A stretch of DNA of 35,400 bases, from the NCBI GenBank assembly GCA_043810635.1, contig JBDRNY010000025.1, forward strand, positions 1-35,400. The letters run 5' to 3'. A program made the position numbers and the translations under genes. The notes beneath the pieces were generated by a model. That model saw only the letters and a program-made list of their open reading frames with translations. It was not told the DNA's origin and made no database searches. This DNA comes from Candidatus Micrarchaeota archaeon. GTDB lineage: Archaea; Micrarchaeota; Micrarchaeia; Anstonellales; Anstonellaceae. This document shows, one piece after another, positions 8,082 through 16,299 of this stretch; position 1 is the stretch's first letter, and each line of letters opens with the position of its first letter.

Positions 8082-10088
8082 TTAATTTTTCTTTTTATGC
8101 CCCTTCTGCATTTTATACATTTTTTCCACTTCAGAAGAAGTTGTAATATCCTCAATGGATTTGTCTTCCCTTATCTCAATCATCCTGGGAAAGCGAAGTG
8201 CATACCCTTTCCCCCCTGCCTCTCCGCAGGTATGTATATTTGAAACAGATATTTCATCAGCAGACACTGACACAACCAATTTAGGCTCCACCCAAAAGTC
8301 AGGTGTCAGCTTGCTTAGCAATTCTTTCGGCTTTTCCTTCATCTTTATTCCCTTCAACATTTTTCCCGTATCTATCATTTCCTCTTCTGTAAAACCGCCC
8401 CCTACTTTTGCAACTGTTTCCAGCATTCCCGTATCTTCATTTCTTACACCTGCCAGCAACCCTCCGAAATTAAATTCAGCCCTCTGCCCTTTGCCCAAAT
8501 AATAGCCCACAACAACAACATCCAAAGTATCTGCCATCTCCCCATAGCTCTTTTTCAATTTAATCCACGCAAACTCCCTGGCGCCCGCAACATAAGGCGC
8601 GCTTAAATCTTTTGCAATAACCCCTTCCAATCCCTTGTCAATGCATTTTTTAAAGAAATTTTCAAGTGATGCATCATTTTTCACAAACTTTAATTCAGCC
8701 GGCTCAATATCTTTTGCCCCTTTCACCAAATTTTCAAGCTCAGCCCTTCTTTTTTCATAAGGCTCCCGGGTAAAATCAATTCCGTCCAGATACATCAAGT
8801 CAAATGCAAACAATTTCAATGGAAACTCTTTTCTCATTTTTTCAATTCCATATTTTCTCTTCCTTTGAATAGTCGTCTGAAATGAATAATACCGCCCCTC
8901 TTTTTCATTAAATGCAAGCGCCTCCCCCTCAAAAATAGCTTTTTTTGCACCCAACTCTTCCACTGCTTCCACAATTTCAGGAAATGCATGAGTAACTTTC
9001 TCAAGCTTGCGGGAATATAATTCAATTTTTTTGCCGCTTTTATGCACCTGCACCCTAAACCCGTCATATTTCCCTTCCACAGCACAATGCCCTATTTTGT
9101 CAATTATCTCTTTTCCGCTGGGCAATCTTTCAGCCAATGCCGGCCTTATGGGAGAAAACAAGTTTAATTTGAAATTTTCAATTTCATTATAATCAAACAA
9201 TGCAAGCTCTATCACCCTTCCCAAATCAGAGCATAAATTATAAGCCCGCTCAGCAGGCTTTCTTACCATTTTCTTAAACCCTTTCAATTCTGTTTCATAT
9301 AATTCAAAATCATTCTTATCCTGCCTTATTTTCCCAGCTTTCAGCCCCTCCACTCTCCTCCTCTTGTCATAAACCAAAAATACTTCTCCTTCCCCTATTT
9401 TTTCCACTCCTCTTTCCTCGCATTCAAATTTCAATTCCAAAGAAGCGTTTGCATCATCCCCCTTCTCCTCCTCTTTCCTAACTTTTATCCTGAACACATG
9501 CCCGTCGCTCACCCTTCCAATGCCGCAAATAGTTTTCTTTACAATCGGCACCCTCAGCAATGTAATTGCATCAAGCATAGTAGGCCCCGCAACCCCCAGC
9601 CTCATTTTCCCCATGCAAAACCTTACAATATACTTAGCTTCATCCCCTTTTGCAGAATTCAGCAATTCAGCCAATGTCTTAATTTTGCTTTCCTGGCTCC
9701 CCCTTCCTTCCAATTTTGCCAGTTTGACAAGGGAATTATACACAACAACAAGCGAAAGCTCATGCGAATGCAATGACATCTGCCTTTTTTTGCCGCATGC
9801 CCACTTTGCAACCTCTCCCAAATCCCCCAATTTCTTAAACTCTTTGTCAATTTCCTTTTTATCATGCCCGCTAACAAGGGAAATTGCATTAATTGCCAAT
9901 CTTTCCCCAATTCCCAATTCCAGCCCTTCAAATTCAGGAAGCAAAATTCCCTGCGAAAGGTATATCAGGGGCTTAATTTCATCTTTTTTGATTTCTAAAA
10001 GAAGCTTTGAAAAAATTCCGGCCATCTCAATTCTGGAACCAATTTGTTCAATTTCATTCCAAACTTTGGCAACTTTTGAAAATTGCAT
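8082..10088 (-). CDS. lig: ATP-dependent DNA ligase (archaeal), 668 aa, with an insertion in the DNA-binding domain
   Basis: EGKYDGFRVQVHK (motif I), EGE, FDLMY, EGVIAK, WIKLKK, ALRFPR. Confidence 0.96.
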   Translation of the reverse strand: MQFSKVAKVWNEIEQIGSRIEMAGIFSKLLLEIKKDEIKPLIYLSQGILLPEFEGLELGIGERLAINAISLVSGHDKKEIDKEFKKLGDLGEVAKWACGKKRQMSLHSHELSLVVVYNSLVKLAKLEGRGSQESKIKTLAELLNSAKGDEAKYIVRFCMGKMRLGVAGPTMLDAITLLRVPIVKKTICGIGRVSDGHVFRIKVRKEEEKGDDANASLELKFECEERGVEKIGEGEVFLVYDKRRRVEGLKAGKIRQDKNDFELYETELKGFKKMVRKPAERAYNLCSDLGRVIELALFDYNEIENFKLNLFSPIRPALAERLPSGKEIIDKIGHCAVEGKYDGFRVQVHKSGKKIELYSRKLEKVTHAFPEIVEAVEELGAKKAIFEGEALAFNEKEGRYYSFQTTIQRKRKYGIEKMRKEFPLKLFAFDLMYLDGIDFTREPYEKRRAELENLVKGAKDIEPAELKFVKNDASLENFFKKCIDKGLEGVIAKDLSAPYVAGAREFAWIKLKKSYGEMADTLDVVVVGYYLGKGQRAEFNFGGLLAGVRNEDTGMLETVAKVGGGFTEEEMIDTGKMLKGIKMKEKPKELLSKLTPDFWVEPKLVVSVSADEISVSNIHTCGEAGGKGYALRFPRMIEIREDKSIEDITTSSEVEKMYKMQKGHKKKN

Positions 10089-10124
10089 ATCAAACCATCT
10101 GCAAGCAGAATAAAAAGTATTGCT

Positions 10125-10141
10125 GTTGGGGTTACCCCAAC
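10125..10141. promoter_or_regulatory. 17-bp palindrome GTTGGGGT-T-ACCCCAAC between the divergent lig and nitroreductase genes
   Basis: Perfect 8-bp arms with a 1-nt spacer, GC-rich in an AT-rich intergenic region. Confidence 0.45.
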
Positions 10142-10200
10142 CTCCCGTATGTAATATGCTCCTGCTAATTTATATTTGCTCGCCTCTTCAGAATAATTGC

Positions 10201-10719
10201 ATGGAATTCAGCACTCTTTTGCAAAAAAGGCATTCTGTACGGGCGTATATGGAAAAAGAAGTAGAAGAAGAAAAATTGCAAAAAATAATCAGCGCTTCCC
10301 TTTCCGCGCCCAGCGCAGGAAATTTGCAGGCATATAAAATATTTGTAATAAAAAACAAGGAAAAGAAAAAGCAATTAGGCAATGCTTCATTAGGCCAGGA
10401 ATGCGTGCAAAATGCGCCTATTGTATTAATTTTTATTGCAGATAAGATGCAAAGCGGGGGGAAATACGGCTCCCGCGGCGAAAATCTGTATTCTTTGCAA
10501 GATGCAACAATTTCAGCAAGCTATGCCCAATTGGCAGCAGCAGATTTAGGCTTGGGAAGCGTATGGATAGGTGCATTTGAGCCTGAAAAAGTTGCAAAAA
10601 TTATTGGAATTGATACAAACAATTTCCTTCCTGTTGCAATTATTCCAATAGGATATACGGCAGAAGCACCTGAAGAAAGGGAAAGAAGGGAAAAAGAGAA
10701 AATAGTAAAAGAAATTTAA
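10201..10719 (+). CDS. Nitroreductase family protein
   Basis: KRHSVRAY, APSAGNLQ, LGLGSVWIGAF, IPIGY. ATG 10201 lies downstream of TTTATA, probably leaderless. Confidence 0.92.
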   Translation: MEFSTLLQKRHSVRAYMEKEVEEEKLQKIISASLSAPSAGNLQAYKIFVIKNKEKKKQLGNASLGQECVQNAPIVLIFIADKMQSGGKYGSRGENLYSLQDATISASYAQLAAADLGLGSVWIGAFEPEKVAKIIGIDTNNFLPVAIIPIGYTAEAPEERERREKEKIVKEI

Positions 10720-10720
10720 T

Positions 10721-11206
10721 CTATACTCTTATGCGCTCACGAAGCCGCTCAGAATAAAGAACGCTTTTCTTCAAAAGCTCAGCCTTCTTTTTCTTATATT
10801 TCTCAACAAATTCTACAAGGTCATCAAACAGCCTTAATATTATTCCGATAACGAGCAGCACCATCCCCACAATAAGCAATGAAAAAAACCTTCTGAATCT
10901 TGGATAGTACATCTCAGACGTATCCCCCCCCAGCTCAAAGATGCCCATAGCTTCAAAAAAACCGTCAACATATCCATCCACAGGAGATAAAACTTGAGCT
11001 AAAATTCCAGAATCCTGCCCGCCTCTGTCTGAAAGGCAGGGGGGATTTGCACAGCTTGGCTCTCCACCAGAAGCCGCCTCACCAATCTGGCCTGTAACCT
11101 GTATCAGCATATCACTAAGTCCCATGCCAAGGCTTAGAAAACCCCAAACCATTATCAAAAGCCCTATGTAATAGGAGATTGTGCCAACAGTATGCAGAGA
11201 ACTCAT
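10721..11206 (-). CDS. Hypothetical membrane protein (2 TM, CANPPC-containing loop)
   Basis: Fills the gap between genes; GGTGG SD; two hydrophobic segments and a basic C-terminus. Confidence 0.7.
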   Translation of the reverse strand: MSSLHTVGTISYYIGLLIMVWGFLSLGMGLSDMLIQVTGQIGEAASGGEPSCANPPCLSDRGGQDSGILAQVLSPVDGYVDGFFEAMGIFELGGDTSEMYYPRFRRFFSLLIVGMVLLVIGIILRLFDDLVEFVEKYKKKKAELLKKSVLYSERLRERIRV

Positions 11207-11327
11207 GCTGCCACCATGCTAAAACCAATGCAGAAACTAATTAAAACGCTTCGCACCCTCCCCAGCCAATTCATTGGAAAATAGATTAATTCTAAAATAT
11301 TCCCGTTCCCAATTATACTTGATATTT

Positions 11328-12638
11328 ATGGACTCCCTCAAAGACAAATTCACACCAATAAGCGAAATTCTTGCAGGAAAGCACAATAACAAGAAAGTGA
11401 AAATAAGGGGATGGGTGCACCGGGCAAGGCACTCTTCTGAATTTGCATTTGTAGTAATGCGGGATTCTACAGGAATAATACAGTGCACTGCAAAAAAAGA
11501 AAAAACAACTTCTAAAATATTCCAGGATGCTACTGAAGTCTATATAGAATCCTCTGCAATGGCTGAAGGAAAAGCAAAAAAAGACAAGCGCGCCCCAGGG
11601 GGATGGGAAATTTCCCTCTCTGATTTCTCAATAATATTCAAAGGCCAGCCTTTTCCAATTGCAAAAGACAAATCAACAGAATTTCTCCTCGATACAAGGC
11701 ATTTATGGCTTCGCTCCCAGAAATTGACAAAAGTAATGAAATTGCGCCATTATACAGTGCGCTCATTGCAAAATTTCTTTGACAACAAGCAATTTTTCGA
11801 GCTTCCCCCCCCTATAATTACAAAATCCGCATGCGAAGGGGGAGCGACTCTTTTCCAGATGGATTATTTCGGCGAGCCCGCCTACCTCACCCAATCCGGG
11901 CAGATGTATGCTGAAGTGTTTATGTTTGCATTGGAAAAAGTGTATGTATTAGCTCCTTCTTTCCGCGCCGAGCCATCCCGTACCGTGCGCCATTTGGCAG
12001 AATACTGGCACCTCGAGCCTGAAATGGCATTTTATAACCAAAAAATGAACATGGAATTGCAGGAGGAGATGTTAATTCACGTATGCCATGATTTGGCAAA
12101 AAACCATGCTGATTTATTGGAAGAAGTTGGCAGAAATCCGAAAGATTTATTGAAAATAAAAGGGCCATTCCCGAAAATGAGTTATGAAAAAGCAATTGAA
12201 AAATGCCAATCTTTAGGCTTGAAAATAGATTTTGGCCAGGATTTGGGAGCTGACGAGGAATTTGCGCTTACAAAAGAGCTGTCCCAGCCATTGTTTATCC
12301 ACAACCACCCGAAAAAATTCAAGGCATTTTATATGCGCACAGACCCCAACCACCCAGAAACAGTGCTTTCCAATGATTTGCTTGCCCCCCAGGGGCATGG
12401 GGAAATAATAGGCGGAAGCGAAAGAATTTGGAACAAAGAAGAATTAATTGAAAGAATGAATGAGCACAAACTTGTAATGAAAGATTACCAATGGTATGTT
12501 GATTTGCGGGAATTTGGCTCAGTGCCCCATTCAGGCTTTGGATTGGGAATTGAGAGATTGGTAAAATGGATGCTTAATTTAGACCATATCCGGGATACAA
12601 TTCCTTTCCCCCGCACAATAAACAGGGTTTATCCTTAA
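11328..12638 (+). CDS. asnS: Asparagine-tRNA ligase
   Basis: OB-fold RGWVHR, RHLWLRS, CEGG, YLTQSGQ, FRAEPSRTVRHLAEYWHLEPE, GEIIGGS, PHSGFGLGIER. Confidence 0.9.
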   Translation: MDSLKDKFTPISEILAGKHNNKKVKIRGWVHRARHSSEFAFVVMRDSTGIIQCTAKKEKTTSKIFQDATEVYIESSAMAEGKAKKDKRAPGGWEISLSDFSIIFKGQPFPIAKDKSTEFLLDTRHLWLRSQKLTKVMKLRHYTVRSLQNFFDNKQFFELPPPIITKSACEGGATLFQMDYFGEPAYLTQSGQMYAEVFMFALEKVYVLAPSFRAEPSRTVRHLAEYWHLEPEMAFYNQKMNMELQEEMLIHVCHDLAKNHADLLEEVGRNPKDLLKIKGPFPKMSYEKAIEKCQSLGLKIDFGQDLGADEEFALTKELSQPLFIHNHPKKFKAFYMRTDPNHPETVLSNDLLAPQGHGEIIGGSERIWNKEELIERMNEHKLVMKDYQWYVDLREFGSVPHSGFGLGIERLVKWMLNLDHIRDTIPFPRTINRVYP

Positions 12639-12698
12639 TTTCCTCACCTGAGTATTTATAAACGCATATACCCATATATTATAACAGAGGGTATATAC

Positions 12699-13079
12699 AT
12701 GGAAAAAGCTGTATTGAATCGTTATGTTGGCGGAGCTACGAAAGAGCTTATAACAATTGCAAAAAGCGGCGAGCAAACTGCATTGCTTGATAGGCATTAT
12801 CAAATGCAACAAACTATCAACAAGCATAAAAACAAAATTGCTCCTTCGGAGGGTATTCTCTCATCGGACAGGAGCAAAAGGCGGGAAGCTATCGCCGAGA
12901 TGACTGCAAATAAGCAGCCTTTTAATGAAGCATCAGATCAGCTGTCAAATGCCTATATTACTATTAATTCTGCTCTAACCGAGGCAAAAATTGTTGAAAA
13001 TCATGCTGAAGCTCAAAAGCAAATCTATGAAATTTGGCAGGAAGTATATTATAAAGTGTTAAAGAGGTTGGGGAGATAA
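12699..13079 (+). CDS. Hypothetical helical protein, 126 aa
   Basis: TTTATAAA and GAGGG upstream; fills the gap; no family recognised. Confidence 0.65.
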   Translation: MEKAVLNRYVGGATKELITIAKSGEQTALLDRHYQMQQTINKHKNKIAPSEGILSSDRSKRREAIAEMTANKQPFNEASDQLSNAYITINSALTEAKIVENHAEAQKQIYEIWQEVYYKVLKRLGR

Positions 13080-13090
13080 CTGGTTTATCC

Positions 13091-13402
13091 TTAATTGGAG
13101 GGAAACTTATCCTTCATTTTGGTAAATTTCTCTATTTTCTGCCCTGTATCAACAACCGCTTCCATAAGCACTATATCCAGCTCAACATCTTTCAATAATT
13201 TATCTGCCACATACAAGCTAAGTTCAGGGGACGAAAACAGGGTTGACCCTGTTTTGTTAAGCATTTGCTCATCAAGATTTATCCTTTCCTTGAATATCTT
13301 TCCAAATTTTGATTTTTTGATAGCTTCCAGCCTTGTAAGCAATCCCACTACTTGTTTCTTAGGCGAAGGATTATTTGCATGAGATACCTGAATTTTTCCC
13401 AT
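13091..13402 (-). CDS. Hypothetical protein, 103 aa
   Basis: TTTATATA and GGAG/AGGT upstream on the minus strand; convergent with 12699..13079. Confidence 0.65.
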   Translation of the reverse strand: MGKIQVSHANNPSPKKQVVGLLTRLEAIKKSKFGKIFKERINLDEQMLNKTGSTLFSSPELSLYVADKLLKDVELDIVLMEAVVDTGQKIEKFTKMKDKFPSN

Positions 13403-13509
13403 AGTACCTGCTCTCCTTAAATATTGTGTTGTATAAGGTATAATTAAATGGAGTATATAAACCTACCGCACCCATCTTTTATTATAGTTTTTATGCCCTT
13501 TATCTATTT

Positions 13510-14046
13510 ATGCAACCCCAGTTCCCTGCATTAAAAAAGCTTTATTTGCAAACCGTTATTGAAAACGGGCTTTCCCTTGCTTCTTTTTCCAAATTAAATG
13601 CTGAAGACAAAAAATTGCTTGAAAAAAAACATGAAAAATATTTTCTTTCCTCCGAATACCGGAAATTATTTACTGTAGTATTGACTGGAGGGGTGTTTGA
13701 TATAATCCACCCCGGCCACATATTCACCCTGAAGGAGGCAAGGAAATACGGAGACATATTAATTGCAGTAATTGCAACAGATGAAACCGTGAAAAAAGCG
13801 AAAAAGCGGGAGCCGCTCCACCCCGCAAATGAAAGGTGCGAGCTTGTAAATTCAATAAAATATGTTGATTTGGCAATAGTAGGGGCATCCAAATGGCAGG
13901 ATAGTTTGCACCGGGTTTCCCCAAATATTGTGGTATTTGGCTATGACCAAAAGGAAATGGATATTTCGGATGTGAAAATAGTAAAATTAGGCAAATTTGT
14001 TGAAAATTCTAAAACAGGTATAGTAAGGAACAAATTAGGGTTGTAA
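13510..14046 (+). CDS. ribL: FAD synthase / cytidylyltransferase family protein with N-terminal extension
   Basis: GGVFDIIHPGH (HxGH), ATDETV, ERCELV..IKYVD, PNIVVFGYDQ. Confidence 0.75.
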   Translation: MQPQFPALKKLYLQTVIENGLSLASFSKLNAEDKKLLEKKHEKYFLSSEYRKLFTVVLTGGVFDIIHPGHIFTLKEARKYGDILIAVIATDETVKKAKKREPLHPANERCELVNSIKYVDLAIVGASKWQDSLHRVSPNIVVFGYDQKEMDISDVKIVKLGKFVENSKTGIVRNKLGL

Positions 14047-14191
14047 TGTTTTCTTCTCTCCAAAAAGCTCATCAAGCTCTTTTTCATTCATTCTTCTTAG
14101 GTACCTTTTCTCGTGTTCCTTACATATTTCAAGTATTTTTTTTTACATACTCCTCCTTCACATCTTTTTCTTCATTTTCCCTGCTATGCAT
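14035..14191 (-). pseudogene. Frameshifted fragment resembling the C-terminal half of DUF2683-type small proteins
   Basis: Removing one base from the A9 tract (T 14136-14144 on +) gives MHSRENEEKDVKEEYVKKILEICKEHEKRYLRRMNEKELDELFGEKKTLQP*. Family resemblance is from memory. Confidence 0.5.
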
Positions 14192-14245
14192 AGTATGCTA
14201 ACTAACCGCCTATATTTATATTTTCCACCTGTTTACTGATATGAT

Positions 14246-14770
14246 ATGCCAGATAATAAAAAGCAAGTAACTTCCCGGGGAATACCCTCAAAAGATTCTA
14301 TGTTTCTTCCTGCCCACGACTCCCCCCTAATACGCTCTTTCCAAGATAAGGATGAAAACATTACCCGCAATACTTGGGATTTAAGCGAAGTATCCACTTT
14401 CGTTTTTCCAAGAAAATTTCAGCCAAAATACCACTACATCGCAGCTTCTTTTCTTGCTTTATTAATGAAAAAAACAAATATGCAGGGAACTGAAATATCT
14501 GAATTTATAAAAGAAAATTCAATTTCCAAAGCAACTTTCTATAACAGAGTATTGCCCCGCTTGAGAAGGGTGGGAATGATAAAAGTTGAAAGGCAAACTA
14601 TTGTTGCAAAAGAAAGCAAAAGAAAATTCCGCCCCATGATAATCTCCCTTTCAAAAACTTTCGGGAATTATTTGACAAAAATAGGAGACAGCTGGCTTGC
14701 ATTGGTAGACGAAGCGCGCTCAAAGCACGAGCAGCAAAAAAGAATAAGCCAGTTTGAAGATAAAAAATAA
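14246..14770 (+). CDS. Hypothetical protein with putative winged helix-turn-helix
   Basis: ISEFIKENSISKATFYNRVLPRLRRVGMIKVER is HTH-like; TATA at 14211-14220. Confidence 0.7.
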   Translation: MPDNKKQVTSRGIPSKDSMFLPAHDSPLIRSFQDKDENITRNTWDLSEVSTFVFPRKFQPKYHYIAASFLALLMKKTNMQGTEISEFIKENSISKATFYNRVLPRLRRVGMIKVERQTIVAKESKRKFRPMIISLSKTFGNYLTKIGDSWLALVDEARSKHEQQKRISQFEDKK

Positions 14771-15520
14771 TCAAACTTTTTCAAATATATCTTCATTCGG
14801 ATAAACAATCAGCCCTTCATTGGAAACAATGTCAAAGGGACAAATTTTCTGGGAATGGTTTGTGCCCCTCATTTTAAATATTTCAATAGCTCTCATTCTC
14901 ACATTGTCATGCCTTGGGTGGTGCAGGGAAATTACCGCATCAGTCAAATTTTCCATCCCATGCCTTGTTTTCACATCCCCTTCTTTTTGCGCATCTGCGG
15001 AAAAGAGTGTGGTGCATTTCCATTTTCTAACCATTTCAAACAAGTTTAATTGCGCCTCCCTTGCATCATAAAGATTTCCAAACAGCGTAACATATGATGT
15101 CAAAGAATCTATTGCAACCCTTTTTGCCCCTATCTCGGTAATAGTATCCCAAATAAGCCCTCCTCCTTCTTCAGACAATTTTTTTACTTCATGGGGCTTG
15201 TAATTGATTATTGCAAGCTTTCCCTCGTCTTCCATTGTTTTAAAATCCCAGCCAAATGCCAATGAATGCTTTAGTATTTCCTCTTTTGATTCATCCAAAG
15301 AAAGAAATATGCCCGGCTCGTCATAAAATGCGCTTCCTGCATAAATAAACTGAGCTAGGAATGTGGATTTTCCGCTTCCAGGCCCTCCCATAATCAAAAC
15401 AGAGGAATTTCTTTCAAACCCCCCCTCACAAAGCTCATCAAGCCCGGGAATCCCTGACGCAACCCTTCCATCATCATCTTCCACATCTTCCCTTATTTCA
15501 TGGATTTGCACCTTGGTCAT
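14771..15520 (-). CDS. KaiC/RAD55-like single-domain RecA-superfamily ATPase (intact motifs), 249 aa
   Basis: SGIPGLDE, Walker A GGPGSGKST, SLDE, Walker B VAIDS, KMRGTNH; GGGAG SD before ATG 15520. Confidence 0.9.
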   Translation of the reverse strand: MTKVQIHEIREDVEDDDGRVASGIPGLDELCEGGFERNSSVLIMGGPGSGKSTFLAQFIYAGSAFYDEPGIFLSLDESKEEILKHSLAFGWDFKTMEDEGKLAIINYKPHEVKKLSEEGGGLIWDTITEIGAKRVAIDSLTSYVTLFGNLYDAREAQLNLFEMVRKWKCTTLFSADAQKEGDVKTRHGMENLTDAVISLHHPRHDNVRMRAIEIFKMRGTNHSQKICPFDIVSNEGLIVYPNEDIFEKV

Positions 15521-15572
15521 ACTCTCCCAACCCATACAATCTTTAAAAAATATCATCTGCCTCAAAAAGCCC

Positions 15573-16295
15573 ATGGCAACTACAAAAAATTCACCCCCCC
15601 CTTCAAATTTGCAGAAAATCCCCACCAACATCCCGGGGTTGGATGCATTATTCGGCGGGGGCCTCTCCCCAAAATCCAATATACTGCTATACGGAGAGCC
15701 CATGTGCGGAAAAAAGCTCCTTTTAATGCAGTTTATATATGAGGGATTGCGTTCCAACACCCCTGGCATTTTCACATTAACAGATTTTGGATATAATGAA
15801 TGGAAAAATAAAATGCAAAATTTAGGGTGGGACCTGGCTCCTTTTGAAAAAAACAATACAATAAGCATAATCGACGCCTACTCCCGCCAATTCGAGCCTT
15901 CTATCCAATCTTCAGAAATATTGCATTATGTTGACAGCCCTTCCGCGCTTTCCCAAATTTCCCTTACCCTCACCCGCATAACCGAATCCATAAAATCAGA
16001 CACCCACCGCTTCTCCCTCCACTCCCTTTCCTCCCTTTTGGAAGAAACAGATGAAAAATCGTTTTACAAATTCCTCCAATTCATAGTCGGCAAATTCAGA
16101 AAAAACAATGCAACAGCATTTTATACAATGGAAAAAGGCATGCATGATGAAAAAAAAGTTTCAATGGTTGAGCATCTGATGAACGGAGTAATAGAATTTG
16201 AGGGGGGCAAAATAAGAGTTAAAGGATTGGCATTTGCAAACAAAGATTGGCATGACTATTCAGTCACCCAAAACGGATTGCAGATAAAAATCTAA
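15573..16295 (+). CDS. KaiC/RAD55-like protein with degenerate catalytic motifs, 240 aa
   Basis: PTNIPGLDALFGGG; Walker A GEPMCGKK; Walker B position FSLHSLS; EHLMNGVIEF. Confidence 0.85.
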   Translation: MATTKNSPPPSNLQKIPTNIPGLDALFGGGLSPKSNILLYGEPMCGKKLLLMQFIYEGLRSNTPGIFTLTDFGYNEWKNKMQNLGWDLAPFEKNNTISIIDAYSRQFEPSIQSSEILHYVDSPSALSQISLTLTRITESIKSDTHRFSLHSLSSLLEETDEKSFYKFLQFIVGKFRKNNATAFYTMEKGMHDEKKVSMVEHLMNGVIEFEGGKIRVKGLAFANKDWHDYSVTQNGLQIKI

Positions 16296-16299
16296 TTTT

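Noticed and set aside
9270..9551. Ligase insert as a mini-intein
   Set aside because: No N-terminal C/S block, no TxxH, and no HN followed by C/S/T.
11328..12638. Non-discriminating AspRS instead of AsnRS
   Set aside because: QSGQ, HLAEYWHLEPE and EIIGGS match AsnRS; AspRS would show QSPQ and EIxSG.
15363..15868. Apparent 500-bp antisense overlap of the two KaiC-like ORFs
   Set aside because: Artefact of longest-ORF calling; ATGs at 15520 (-) and 15573 (+) give non-overlapping genes that start just before the conserved domain.
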